A stretch of DNA of 64,000 nt from Octopus vulgaris (GCA_951406725.2 OX597816.1:90892001-90956000); one strand, 5' to 3'. Positions 12,801-27,087 are shown, counted from the stretch's first letter. The notes: a model not told the origin generated them from the letters alone. Numbers and translations are program-made.

Positions 12801-13530
12801 ATGCAACATTTGTTAGTTTTTAAATAACGTCTTTCGGTCTTAAATACAAAATGGCAAACAAAGAATTGGTTATTAACGTAAATATTTCGGCCATTTGCTA
12901 TTATTTTGTCCGATGACATTTTCATTACCAAAATTGTGAATTTTTTTTTACTTTTATTTCTATTCAACAGCCTTACTGTCCCAACTCACTATGTGGCTTT
13001 ATTTTTGTCAAACTGGAAACTACATCCAATGCAATGCCAGGTTGCTTATTTGTAGACTTATAAATCGTGTTGCTAGAGAAGAGAAACCTGCAATCACGTT
13101 TACTAATACCTGCAATACCAAAGGAACCATAGTCACAGAACGAACCAAGCTGCAAGTGCTTCGAGTTCTAAAGAATTTAACGTAATTATGGAGAAGGTAC
13201 AATATAATGATATAATCAGTGATATATGTCTGGTCATCCAAAGCTGAAAACTAGCAAAAGTGCATATGCTTTCCTATAGTTAGATAGAATTACTATATTC
13301 CATTATATTCTCTGTTTGAATTAAGTTGTAGACTAGCAGACTCAAATGCATTTGAATACTGAATTAAATGGTGTTATGGCGAAGGAAAATAACATTGGTG
13401 GTGATCACAACAATCGGAATACTAAGCGAAGTAGATACAAAGTAATGGATTTATCGAAGAAATGACAATGGGTTTCAAGGACTGCTCATATTTAATGATG
13501 ATTTTTTTTTTATTGTTTCCGTATCTTTAG

Positions 13531-13703
13531 ATATGTTCTTGACTCTGTGTTTTGATGGTTACTTTTTCCAATCGTCATCAGGTGACACTCCTTGTCATGA
13601 AGACAGAGGAATACTGATTGAAATATTCAACAACATATCTAAAGTTACAAAAGAGTCCGAAAAACACATCATCATAAACTCCTCCATGATAAAAAGAAGA
13701 TAT
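13531..13703 (+). other. Candidate spliced exon (173 bp)
   Basis: Long polypyrimidine tract plus TAG acceptor at 13528-13530; GTAAGT donor at 13704. One open frame (MFLTLCFDG...RRY) that I do not recognise. Confidence 0.4.
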
Positions 13704-16295
13704 GTAAGTTTTGTCTGAAATGATGTTCCGGTTTTCATTGCTAAGTTATTAATTAGTCCGAGGCTATCATAGAAAGCGTTTTCCTAAGATGACAAAGAGG
13801 AATCGAACTCGAAGCATATGGTTGCGAAGAGAATTTCTTAAGTGCACTTTTATGCCATTCTTCTTTAGGGAAGAAAAGAAAACAAAAAAGAAGAAAGTCT
13901 GAGCTGATGAAAAATATTTGTATTGAGTACATTCATTATATCATCAGCAAATGAAAACTATTGACTTGAATTTAACGCAATTCTGGGAAACTACCGAAAT
14001 AACGGGAATAAAGAAAAAAAAATGCTTGAAGAAATGATGTGATTATTGTGTTCAAAGAGAGAGGGGGGAAATAGGTGCAGACAGTAAGGAAGATTTTGAA
14101 ATATGAATGAGCGGATAAGGGAACGCGTGGGTGAGGGTATGTGAGTTCGAGTGTGTGGGTGAATGAATGAATCTATGAGTGTGTTAGATAGGCAGAAGAA
14201 TGGAATAGAGCAATGTCACATTTTCCTGTTTAAGACATTTTTTAATCTCTAATTGGTCTTAAGAGCGTGACATTTTAGTATTTTATTTTGTTTTATATTT
14301 TAGCTGAATCTGCTATTTTTTCGTTTATCTCTTACGAAGTTTAGCTATACAACAATCAGTATGTATTCTAGCAAAATCGTTTAAATTCGCCTAACACGCT
14401 CCCCGCACTCTTAAATCAACATTTATTTTGTAGTGCATTTGTCATTTAGACACACGAATACTTGAATTGGGAGAATGATGTTTGTTTATCAAAAGTAAAA
14501 AATGTTTATATAATAGTGTGTCAATTAGCGTTTTTTTTATGTCTTAGTCTACTTGATTTGCGGGCAATTTACAACAAATAAGTGTTAAGTATCTCATGTT
14601 AAATTGAAATGCCAAATTCGTATCAGTGTCATTTATTTTTAAAGATTCTCTGTTAGCAAATATATATTTAGTTATTATTCATTTACTTGGCAAATTTACA
14701 TCCATTTATTATATTAAATGAAAATGAAGAAATTTAACACAAAATCTATTGTAATTATATAAAATGTTTCATTTGCAATGTAATACCTAGAATGTAAAGC
14801 ATAAATTAAAATGCTTCAGTTTTATAGGAGTGGGAAAATAGTCTATTTTGACACCCATTTCCAAAACATCAAGAATAAAACATATCCACAAAAGAGCCGA
14901 AACATTAGCATCTTTGGTCGATATGAACTTAGGAGCACAACGGCGCCTGTCGTATAAAAAAATTAATTTGGTTTGTTAACTGCGTGATTATGAAGTTCGC
15001 TTTGCACTGTATGGGATTCCCACTGCATAGCACACTAGACAACTGTATTCTACAACAGTGGAGTTTGTAAGACAGAAACTTCTAAGAAGGTTGATTACAT
15101 ACATATGTATATACATGTGTATGTGCTTGTGTGTCTGTCTATGTTTATAAGCGTATGTTACAAATAAAACTTCGCTCGAAGGTGGCGTTATACGCATTTA
15201 CATGAGGAACACTACAATATTTCAGTTAATGACCTGCACAACATTTTCAACACAACATCATTCTAAAATCCAAGCTCGAAAACAATTTTCTGAAAGCAGA
15301 ATCTGTAAATCGACCATCTTTTTTCCCACCACCACCACCACCACTAACAACAGCAACAGCAACAACAAGAACACATCAGATACAAACAAATATCGCTCAC
15401 AACAAATATAAACACCACACACACACTGAAGACAGACACATTAGGAATTATATCGATGCCATTCACTGCACATATGCATCACATTCTGTGAGAGTAAGAA
15501 TAAAGTTACTATATGCACAATATATTTGATCCACCATGTATTATACCAACCTTGCTTAGGTTTGTAGCTTCTCCACTACAAACTACAAAAACATACAAAA
15601 CAGTTCAATATGTAAAATCACAGGTTGTACTGACCACGCTCACAGACTACTTGCATAATGAAAGGAAAAAATATTCAACAGGAAATATCAACTGGATGAG
15701 CAGTTGGTATTTGATTCAGTAACAGAGTGTTACTGAAACAATCTCCATCCTTCAAAATCCATTCACTAGTGTGCAAGAACTCCCAGCAACCTTGGTAAAA
15801 TTACGATATCCTAAAACATTACAATAAAACTATTCTAAAAAATCCTCCACGGAAACCATTAAACATAAGATTTGCAACAGCATCATTAATTGTGTTAGGT
15901 TGTATAATAGCAGCGATGCGTACAAAGAAGCAACATTGTCTCGTTGTGACCAAGTCTACCTTGCTCGCTCTGCTTTGGCGATCACTAGTACCTACCATCA
16001 TACACATGAGCATATGCAGGCGTATCTATGTGGTCGTTCGACCTCCAAGAAATTAGTCAAATCTCCCTCAAATTATACCTTACTGTCTTAAATAAAGCCA
16101 CTTTGGACAATATAGTTCTACACAACCCTAAAAAGACACGGTGATCAGGGCTAAACAAACGCAAAAGAAGTGTCATACAATGGAGACGTTTGAAGAAAAG
16201 AGAATATTTGCACATGTAATTTTATGAACCATTCTAGCCCGGATTTAGCCCGTCAGCTATTTGCAACACTAGCGAGTAGTTAATTACTGTTTTTC

Positions 16296-16406
16296 TATAT
16301 CAGTAGAAGCAAAATGTGTCTAAACATACCGCTGATAATGGATACTTGCTACCGATGACGCACAAAGACGCAGAAATCCGGACGGTTTTCGCATGCTACT
16401 GATATA
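16296..16406. mobile_element. Possible small MITE
   Basis: Imperfect terminal inverted repeats TATATCAGTAG.../...CTACTGATATA. Confidence 0.3.
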
Positions 16407-17000
16407 CTTCTGTTTTTTTTTTTAGATCTCTACGTCTCCATGGGGTGCTTTTTGGAGACGAACAGCACAGTGTTGAGGCTTTCTACAGTATATGCACATT
16501 AACATATACAGAATGCTATTCTGAACTAATACTGCTTCCTTTGCTAATAATGGGACAGTGGTTGTAGGAGAACCAACATGTTCAGCTAGACTAGTAGATG
16601 TTGGAATACAGGGTATAGGTTTCCTCTAAGTGTAGGTACAGTATATCTGAAACAATAGATTTAGGGTGACATCTAGTCATCCTGCCAACTAACTAAATAC
16701 TGTATGTCTTTTCTACTGAGCTAATATGCGTCTAGAAAACAATATCAATTATTAAAAATTTGTGTCTTTTGAGGACGATTTGAAAGGTACCACAGAGAAG
16801 CCTTCTACAGATAGTTTTGACCGGAAAATAGCTAACACTGAAATAATAGTTCAAGATGAGTGAAAAATGTGTGTATGTGAGTGTGTGTATGCACACATAT
16901 ACACATACACATGTTCACATATGCACACGTACATAAAATTGAGTCTCAATAAAGCGTGCGCCCACTCAGACTCAGAAACAAACACATATTCTATGATTTT

Positions 17001-17835
17001 GTGAACTTGTGTACTGCCCGTTCCTTTAATTAGATAGACTTAATAGGCGGACCCATGACTGTCTGCGCTGATCACTGGCTCTTGAACTACTTAGGCCTTG
17101 GAGATGAGGTATAACACTAATGCGTGAACTGAGTTTCGTTTCAGTGTCATACATATACGGCTACTCTTTATTCCCATTCTGGTAGATAGGAAAAGTGTCT
17201 TCCTTGGCTTCAAGTGCTCCCAGCCGATCCGAACAGAGCAGACAGCGATATTAATCTCCTTCAAATCGTGTGCCAACTGCCGAGGTGTCCACTTTACACA
17301 CACTTTCCAATATTCGAAATACACTGTGACCATAGTTCAGGTCTGCAATAAGCTTACGGTTAGTGACCTGTCTGTCGTCGCGAATAATTTCGCCCATTTG
17401 CTAGTGGTTCGTGTCGGTGGTCATAGTTGATGCTCTCCCACTGCATGATTTGATAGCATTGTGATTTAGTGAACTTGTGTACTGTCCATTTCTTTGGAGA
17501 GGTTTGATGAACGGACCCATGACTGTCTGCGCTGATCACTGACTCTTGAATTTCTTAGACCTTAGACATTGTTCTTAACATTGGTGTCGTCTTCATAAAC
17601 AACCAATAATCTTTTGTGGATATCGGACAGCCTGCACTCCTCCTTTGTTAGCGACTTAATGACGACAACATACTTCAGCTCGGAATCCATTATTTACTTG
17701 AAAGTAAGAAGAGCAGGAAGAAGAGTTAACACGTAGGAAGAGTTATTCTATTAACATGTGCCTTTTTAATGACGTTTATCAGTTAATGAAAAAAGTTATG
17801 CCTACTTTTGCATTCCTTTCGGGATATATCTCGTG
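17001..17835 (-). mobile_element. Degenerate mariner transposon (transposase pseudogene, N-terminal half)
   Basis: Minus-strand peptides MDSELKYVVVIKSLTKE..IHKRLLVVY, SGRASTMTTD..EIIRDDRQVT, KVCVKWTPRQL (WVPR motif), YDTETK and SSPRPK.FKSQ.SA; TIR-like end near 17834. Confidence 0.75.
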
Positions 17836-18932
17836 AACATGTACACACACATACATAGGTTCACACACATACATATATACATACGCACACAAACACAAAC
17901 GTACAAAATCACACATGTGCATACTTACAAACACATACACAAACATTTGTGTATGTGTGTGTATAAGTAATTATGTAAGTATATAACAGTACATACTTCA
18001 AAACTAGAAGACATTCTAAGCAGATAGGAAATTCTTAAAATACTGAAATATCTTTCGTAAGTACTAGATTATTTTTCATCACGATAGTTATTTTCTGTAC
18101 ATTAAGTATAATGGTATCAAAATTATTAGAAACTAAATACTTAATAGGGTCCTAACATATTTTGCTACCGCTTGGTAACATTCTTCATTATTCATACTCA
18201 CTTAAACGACTGGTATGTTGACCTAACAAACATTCGCCTACTAAATTTAGAAACGTTGTTCCTTTGAAAGTTCAAAAGTCAAACACCAGCGCAAAAGACT
18301 ACTAAATACTTGATGGAAATGGTTTCACTTCACAGTTGTGTGATGTTTTCTAGTATATCACCTACCTGAAATATCAAAATACTGTTCAAGCACACAACTA
18401 AGAATTGTCAGTAAATATACAACCTTGGATGTTTTCATTTTTGCAACTCTTATAATCAATGTTTAAAAAGTCAGAAGAGCAAGTAGTTAGGTAGGAAGAA
18501 ATTTTCTTTTTATTAGTTTCTTTACCTCATAACAAATATTCCATTCATTTTATAACACCATTATATGAATCAGATGCTATATAGAAATAAAATGGTGTAC
18601 CTTTTAATGTATGATTTAAATTACCGTATACCTTAGCCAAATACATAAATATGTGTAAATAGGTGGACAGCATTTAGTCTGATTTTACATGTTAAGAAAT
18701 TTGATAGATACTGGAATAATAACATTTTCAATATATTTTCCAAACTATTTTCATATCAAATATTGACTATTCTTAGTTTTTTTGTCATGTTTATGATAAG
18801 GACTACGTTTGCTGAAATCAGATACTGTAAGTGTAAAGATTTTTTTTCTTTTCATCTATAACATTCATACAAGTTCAAATATGTCTTTTTAAAACTCTAA
18901 TTGATTCAAAGCTCCATGAATACTATAATATT

Positions 18933-19076
18933 CAGCAGCGTAGCGTGGGGGTGTACGGGCTGTGTGGATCGCACAGGGTGGCCACTTTATAGACACAAAG
19001 GTATGCAGCGTTTAAGGAAGGGAGCGGCCAATTTGGCTGTCTCACAGGGGCGGCCAAAACCGACTATACGGTATTG
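18933..19076. mobile_element. Possible hAT-type MITE remnant
   Basis: GC-rich island with CAGCAGCGTAG... / ...CTATACGGTATTG imperfect termini; no TSD seen. Confidence 0.3.
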
Positions 19077-19339
19077 CTCTTTAATAGTTTAGATTTACTG
19101 AATAGGAACAATTGAAAGCGATATGAAGTTCTAGTTTTATAATCAAAAGTTGACAACCGAGGGAAGGTAAGGAGAGAAATGACTTCTTAATTACTTAAAA
19201 CCTTCATAGCGTTAAAACTTAATAGACATTTATTTTACAATATTTAAAAAAATGGATGGAGTGAAAAAGCCTTATGGTAGTTTTTAGTAGACACAAGATA
19301 TATTTTTGAGGCTGACTTAATTGGTTTTACTTAAATTAC

Positions 19340-19900
19340 TCTTTTACTCGTTTCGGTCTACAAATTGTGGCCAGGCTGGAACACCAGAATTGTTATTGCT
19401 AATCTTAACTCGTCGGTTCCTTTTTGAAATATAATAGAGTTTGATGTTGCTGCTCCCATTCGCGTTTCTTGCCAGGAAGTCGGTTCATCTGGAATCTCAG
19501 ATAATAAGATATCCAAATGTCTCTCGAAAATCCACATCCATACCATGTAAATCTCCTAAGCTTTTTGTCAGAATCTTGAACCGTTGGGAGCTTTTGAAAC
19601 CTAAACTATTGAAGTATATGATTCTAACTCTAGATGTCAAAGCAAGGACCTTTGGCATCACCCGGTGGTGTCTTTTCGGGGATTTTTCTAGCTTTCAGTG
19701 CTAAAGTTTAGGGGCGAGCCCTTCGAATATCTTCAAGGCGTATATTACTGTATATCGTTCGCTTCAAGGAGAAGAGTTTTAATTAGTTCTGTCTCTCTCA
19801 CCCGGTGATCTGTTGCAATCTGTTTGGTGTAGTAGTGTTGGATTGTTTCCTATGCAGTTAGCTTCACATTATGTGGTAACCATAATTGAGAGCACAAGTC
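19340..19900 (-). mobile_element. Older CR1-group LINE 3' fragment
   Basis: FERHLDILLSEIPDEPTSWQETRMGAATSNS plus the shared CCAGC.TGGCCAC tail. Confidence 0.75.
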
Positions 19901-20183
19901 TTTAAGAGTTTGGTTACATAAAAATTAAAATTGCTCACCATGAAATTCGATCCTCTGCACCTAGGACAAAATTGCTGCAAGGCAATTAATCAAGCTCTCT
20001 ACTTTTTTGCTTACTCATCGCATTATTTAAGGAATGCATTCATTACATTTATTTATCCATTTCATAAGTTTTTACATTGACTCTATAATTCGTTTTATAT
20101 GTCAAAATTCACTTTGTAATTGTAAACAGGAAAAAAGAATTACAACACGGCATGAATAAATATTTTTTTTTTTATTGCCGTAG

Positions 20184-20360
20184 ATGGGGCATGAATATAA
20201 TTCTAAATAGTATGTCTGCCAAGATACTGAATGTGTTAAGCTGGAAATAAAACTGGTCCTCCAGAATGTGTGAATTTATGAAACTATTGAGAAGAATTAG
20301 AAATGATCACTGCGTTGAGTTGTTGAACTCTGACATTGTCACTGATAGTTCACGTCGATT
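20184..20360 (+). other. Candidate non-coding exon (177 bp)
   Basis: T-rich tract plus TAG acceptor (20181-20183); GTGAGT donor at 20361; stops in all three frames. Confidence 0.4.
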
Positions 20361-22698
20361 GTGAGTATTTTATCAAAAGTAAACGAACGCCTTTGTACTG
20401 ACTATATGCCTAAGCCAATCCCCTATTTAGAATAAAACCAGAATAACCTGTGCAAAATTAACTTACTGTCAACTCGATGTATGTCAGCTAACATTGCACA
20501 GTTTCTTTAAAGAGCAACAAGAGAATCTAATAATGAAAGGATATGAATGTTCAAATCTAACTCCAATTAAATCTACTGCTTCAAATTTTCATTCCCTTAC
20601 TCCATAACTTATTCACCGTTTTTTCTAATTCCCTTAGCCCATGCTGTTACTGTCGTTACTACTACTACTACTACTACTACTACTGACAAACGGACAAACA
20701 GAGTGCTCACGTTCAATTCCTTGTTAAACAATTCTCTTTCTTGGCACATCGGACCAGATATTTCTGGTCGTAGTCGACGGTTTCTGACTTGTGTAAAAAC
20801 ACACTACCAAGAACACAAGTTATCTGGTGGCAATTCCAAAGTCTTTTAGGATTATGGTTATATCACTCAATAAACTTTAAATTAATATATTAGTAGTATC
20901 TAAGTAATCATCAGCCTTCTAAGGATGCAAATATACAACATATATGAATTCTCAAGATCTGTTGTTTCTACTAACTGTTCACCAAACATTGTGTAGACAA
21001 TATCGAATTTTGTATCTTAATATAATACTTTCTCTTCCTTCTCTCTCTCTCTCTTTCTTTCCATACACATTCAATTCTTTCTCTTTCTCTCATGCACACA
21101 CACACAGCATACACACACAAAAAGCATACACATACAAAACACATACACAACACATTTGTAGACATGATCAAATAAGTATACAGAGATATTGCCATATGCA
21201 TAGTCATCATGTACATGGTATCGTTGTAAAATTAAGGACCGTGGTTTAACCACGAAGTTTTCAGTAACTTGGAACAGGGATCGAAGTAGCAGGTTTCGCC
21301 TTTTTTTAACACGCATTGCAGATAGCTTATCTCTACTTTTCAAACTTTTGATTGAAGTAGTTTACAACTAGCAAAAATTTAAATAAAATTATGACAATAC
21401 TCATATATCTATACAAAATTGATGGATTGGTATTTACAACTAGAATACAAGTGTTGTGTGCTTTATGGTTAAATGTTTATACTGAGTCATGTCTGTAACT
21501 TTAAACATAAACAGAAATGTTACTGAAATATGTATATGTGTAGATGTGTGCGGGCACATGCGAATGATATCTGTCTGCATAATGGCTCTATTTCCATTAA
21601 TAAAACTTCAAGCATTTCCTTCGGTGTGAGTATGGGAGGATCCAGTCAGCGAAGAGAGTGAACTCATCGATTTGTACTTATTTTATCATCTTAAGACTTA
21701 TTTCAATTACACACGAGACAACTTAGTTGTCACCGCAGACCTTTAGTTTCTCTTACATTCTCTGTTCCTCAAACATATCGAATTCTTAAAATACATTCAT
21801 CTGCACTCAAATTGCGCTAAGAACATAAAAAATCTTTAAGGATTCTCCTCTGTAATATAAAAATTCACTATCTAAAAGCAACTTTAACGCCAAGACAGTA
21901 CACATTGACAAGGTAACATATATATAACTCAAAACAAGAATAGGCAAAGACAGATTGTTAATAGAGCAAATCTTACAACGTAACAGTCGCCTCCTAAATC
22001 ACTTCACATACCTTGAAAATCATTTCCCTCACAATTTAGATATCAAATTTTTTTTAAAAATCACTATTAAAATTTCCAACTCACCTTTTCGGAACTTTGC
22101 TCAGAAACGATAACATCTCGAAACAACCACCGAACATACATGTCTAACAAACATTGCAATTGTTCCAAACATGACTCGTGCGCCGTAGACTCACAATACT
22201 TAAGAGGTTAACTATCAGTTCACTGTGTAGATAAACAACACCTCGAAAGTCTGCACTGGAATGGTATTGGACTCATTTTATCTTTGATACAACTCGCATA
22301 TCAACAGGCACTCTAACAAATCCAAATAGACTTACTCACTACATACAACTGAGAGCTATCTCCATCTTTTAACTTGAACTGAAAAATACTGGACCCCCCC
22401 CAAAAAAAAAAGAAATAACCAACAACAACAAGCAAACAAACAAAATCACTCTTGCTTAAGAAGAAACCATGCAACATCTGTAGCATAAAAAACCTAGAAA
22501 TTTCTATTAAAAAATTCTTCCTCAGATCAAACGCTCAAACGCTTTCATCAAGCATGCACAGAAGTTTTAAAAAGTATTCACACTTCAGACCAACTGGCTA
22601 CACTAAGCAGTAATGTCTACCTATCCATTAATATGGACAAGTTTTGATTTAACATCAATTTCCCCATATTCTCTCCTATCTATTTATGTTAACTTATC

Positions 22699-22743
<45 letters not shown>

Positions 22744-22745
22744 TA

Positions 22746-22863
22746 GATGTTTTGTCTTGGTGTAAAAGATGGGCTACTGCAAATATTCTTATCAATACCA
22801 CAGATTTGCTTGTCAGTTGTTTGACCTTAATCAGTTGAGCATGTCCCTAAGTTTCTGACGATA
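22746..22863 (+). mobile_element. Fragment of the ~550-bp (TAA)n-associated repeat
   Basis: Matches ~41123-41240; preceded by (TAA)n. Confidence 0.8.
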
Positions 22864-24747
22864 CCATTATCAGACATCTTTCAAAATGTTAAGATGTGCT
22901 GAAGAAGGTAAAATTTTTATATCAAATTAGAAACCGGTCCACATATATACCTGTACCATTAAATATATATAGTTTTATGCTATATTGGTATGTGAGAGAT
23001 TTTCGATCTGCTAGTATACTGTTGAATCTGTTGTTTTCAGTGTTAAGTTTTTGGTAGTTCAAATAAGGGTTTTGACTCTTATTTCTTGCGGTTAGACACT
23101 TCAATGTGTCCTTATGATTAATATAATTTTAATTCTTTAGCTATATAATGCTATTTTTTAGCATTAAAGTTTCGGTTATTATCAACTATTTATATTGCCT
23201 CCGATTATAACAGCAATATTAATTTCTTATAAATATTCACTTCCAAACATTTTACTGCCGATACACACACATATATATATATAATTACGAATTAAAAGCA
23301 GCTCTAATAATGTAAATATTTTCGGTCACACGTACGTGGTGCATGAGTTTTGTTTATACGCTCATTCGCTCCGGAAAGCGTGTTGGTAAAGCTCACTACA
23401 CAACACCGAGTGTTAAAAAACACTGAACGTCCCGAACCAGGCGTGAAGGTGTATAGATAGTAAAAACTACCAATGGTACGTCACTTCAACTATTTAAAAA
23501 GACTAACAACTCAAAGAGCGTCTTAAGTGTGTCCAGGAAGAATGATGCGTTGTATAAGGAATATTGTGCAATGTTTGAAATATTACTGTATATGTGCATT
23601 GCAGACATATATTCTTTATTACATGAAAATTGTAATATATTTTATACGGAAACTCATATTAAACACAGCAAATATATGCAGTGAACGTATATTGGATAAA
23701 CTTTGTATACTGTGATGTATGTTTCACTGCCACCCTTTTATATATAGAATATATAACAATAACATTTACATTATATGTCTGGAAGTCATACTTCATTGAT
23801 TATTGACAAAATATACTACTTTTGGGTAATGGACTTTGATGAGAACCAAGTCTAGCAATCTATAATGAAATGTAACAAATCTGTATCAAATATAGGGAAT
23901 ATATGTTATGTCGATACATATAGTAAATATTAGTTTCAGCTTGTTGAGCGAAATCGCCAGTCCCTTTTCTAATATTCTAATTTTCACCTGGCTTACCACC
24001 TCTGAACTTATCTGTTAGACTGGCGACTGCCGAAAGCAATTGTTAAGGGTGACCACTGTCATACGTCACACTTCAGACCACGACTAGTATTTCGGCGCGA
24101 TCAATTTATAAGCTGATCAACTTGATTTGTGATAAAACATTGAACATTACACCATATTTCTATAAATGTTGATAGAAATAATTATATTCTTCTCTATTTA
24201 AAATAATGTCAATATTATCATTCTTCAATTCAGTTATTTTTCAAAATAATCAAAATAATTCCTTTAGCTACTGATAGAATACGTTTTGTTGAAATATTAT
24301 ATCCTTTTATTGTTTTATTTTTGCCTGTGATTTGGCTGCGGTCGGAGTACCACTATGACGATTTTAGTCGATCAAATTGAGCCCAGCACTTATTTTGATT
24401 CCTGTAGTCAGACATTTAGGCGGAATGTTTAAGTTATGAAGACATAAACAGACACACTGACGCACGCTCACACACACACACCATTATACCTACATACATA
24501 CATACATACATATATAGGTAAGATCCAAAGATCAAGGTGTAGGAAGATTGACGTAGAAAGGTGTAAATTTTTCCCGTATCGAGGTTCGATAAGCTGAAAA
24601 ATTGTTTCGTAGCTTGTGGTTAGCAGCAAGGGTTGCTGTGTATACGAATATAAATCCGAAATTAGGAAATAGTGTAGATAAAAATCCAGGCTACGTATGT
24701 TTCATAGCTAGGAAAGATGGATAATGTTCAAATATTTTGTGAATTGT

Positions 24748-24920
24748 AAGGCAGCGAACTGGTAGAAACGTTAGCACGCCGGGCGAAATGCTTAGCGGCA
24801 TTTCGTTTGTCTTTAAGTTCTGAGTTCAAATTCCGCCGAGGTCGACTTTGCCTACTAGGAGCAATCTAATCGACTGGCCCCCTCCCCCAAAATTTCAGGC
24901 CTTGTGCCTATAATAGAAAA
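24748..24920 (+). mobile_element. SINE family A
   Basis: Homology to other copies. Confidence 0.85.
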
Positions 24921-25259
24921 ATATTATAATATCCATTCACCGAATATTTGAAATAGGTGTTAAGATACGTTTACATCCTTTAAATATATGTAACATCTCA
25001 TGTGAATGCTTTCCTTATGCCTATAATTATTTGTTCATCCGCTCGAACTTTAGCTTTCTTCTGGTTTACCTATCTGTTTCTAGAGTACTTTGTCCCATTT
25101 TAAAAAGCTGAATTTTAAGAATTCAGTCTGCTCGAGGACTAACATGGTGCCTATCTATTTTCTACTTGCACTAGAATCTTCTCTCTCTCTCTTTCTAAAT
25201 GCATACATATATAGGTATGTGTGTAAGAGAGAGAAAGAGAGTGAGTGAGAAAGAGAGAG

Positions 25260-25405
25260 AGATATTCTGCACAGTTTACTTCTACCAAATTCACTCACAC
25301 GGCATCGGTCTTGTAAAAAATAAACTTGTTCCAAGACACCGTGCAGTGTGACTGATACTGAAACCACGTAGTTGTGAAATGAGCTCCTTATATCACAGCC
25401 TCGCA
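25260..25405 (-). mobile_element. Degenerate SINE family B 5' part
   Basis: Reverse complement resembles 49770-49915. Confidence 0.55.
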
Positions 25406-25746
25406 TGCTTCTAAATTGTAAATGTGAACATAAATGAAAGAATTCTTTAAAACTGTCACGAGTCTTTGGATATCCGCAAAAGAAATAAGCCATCTGCACT
25501 ATCGCTTCTCTCTCAAAACTATTTACTTCCGACCGAAGTAAATAGTTTTGAGAGAGAAGCGATAGTGCAGATGGAAGGATTAAATAAATTCAAATCAGTC
25601 TGTAACAGTAAAGAACGTACGACGACTTTTCAAGTTCGCAGTGATATATAGAAATAATTCAAAACTAATTTTCGTTTCTCTTCCTTGAGTGATTCTCTTT
25701 CTAAGATATAAAATACATAACTTGAGATGTTAACATAAAATAATCC

Positions 25747-25912
25747 AAGGCTGCGAGTTGTCAGAAACGCCAGCAACCGGGCGGAATGCTTAGCAGTATT
25801 TCGTCTGTCTTTACGTTTTGAGTTCAAATTCCGCCGAGATCGATAAATTAAGCACCGATTGCGTACTGAGGTCTATCTAAAATTCCAGGTTGTGCATAGA
25901 GTAGAAAAGAAT
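25747..25912 (+). mobile_element. SINE family A
   Basis: Homology to other copies. Confidence 0.8.
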
Positions 25913-25921
25913 ATAAAATAA

Positions 25922-26118
25922 TCCTTTCTGCTATAGGTACAAGGCCCGAAATTTGAAATTTCATCTAGCACCATTATTCATCTGGCGGTTATTTTATCGA
26001 CCACAAAAGGCAAAGTTGACCTCGGTGGAATTTGAACGCAGAACGTAAAGACGGACGAAATTCCATTAAGCATTTTGTCTGGCGTGCTTACGATTCTATT
26101 CTACAAGCTCGTCGTCTT
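25922..26118 (-). mobile_element. SINE family A (tail-to-tail with the previous copy)
   Basis: Homology to other copies. Confidence 0.8.
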
Positions 26119-26132
26119 TTGTTAATATGGAA

Positions 26133-26452
26133 TATAGGTTCTCAAAGTGGGCGCTAACGAGCCCCCGTTTGGCGTTGAGACGGTCCAGGTGGGCGCTGTG
26201 CCCAAGGGGTGGTGGAGGGCGGTAGAGAAAAAGGAAGCGTTGGGAGGAAGGCATTGGATTGGATTGGGGGACGCTATGAATTTATTATGATATTATTATA
26301 GTACTGTATACAAATTATATAATATATTAAATATCAAATGGTTCATAGTATATATAAATTAGTAAAATATACAATATTACTTTATACATAAAAGTAAGAG
26401 TGGGGGAGATAAGGGTATTATGTGGCTGGGGGGGGACGTTTGTGAACCTCTA
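26133..26452. mobile_element. hAT-type MITE
   Basis: TIRs TATAGGTTCTCAAA / reverse complement TAGAGGTTCACAAA (12/14); 8-bp TSD ATATGGAA/ATATTGAA. Confidence 0.7.
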
Positions 26453-27087
26453 ATATTGAATAAGGAAACATTTGTGTATGGCTATGATAAATATTAGAGT
26501 CGACAGGTTTACATCGAAACAGATGATGCTTGATATGTAACGATTAAAATAAGCTTCCATTACGTTATATACCTTTTATTCTTTAAACTTTACTTACTTC
26601 AGTCATTAGACTGAACCCCCGTCTCCACCATTTTCTTGTAAAGAAAGTGAGGTTTTCAGTTCCAGTCAACATATGGATGATATTGAGGAACACGGTTTTT
26701 TACCAACGCCAGAAGTATATTTATGGGTTTGCGAAACATTAATTTTAAAATATACCAGTCAAGTGTCTTCCAAATTGAGATCGGGATCTTGTAATAATTT
26801 TCTTACCTTGAAAAATAACTTTTTAAAAAATCGTTAAACAGGAAATATTTTCGGTGATAAATAAATAATTTTATGAATATTTTCCTTCCTTTCATTTTGA
26901 TTGAATTTCACAAATAAAAGTATTTTATATAAATACTTTTAATTTTTGACTGTTTATATCCATTAAACGCTAGAAATTAATGGGTAATAATTTTTCGATT
27001 CAAAGCCAACTGCTTGCGTTCTGTTATTATATCAACTTTATCTGAATTTTTATTCGACAGTGTCGATCATTTTAAACATTCTCTTAA

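Noticed and set aside
13020-13244. Minus-strand acceptor (TTTTCAG) and hydrophobic short ORFs
   Set aside because: No recognisable protein family and no linked exons
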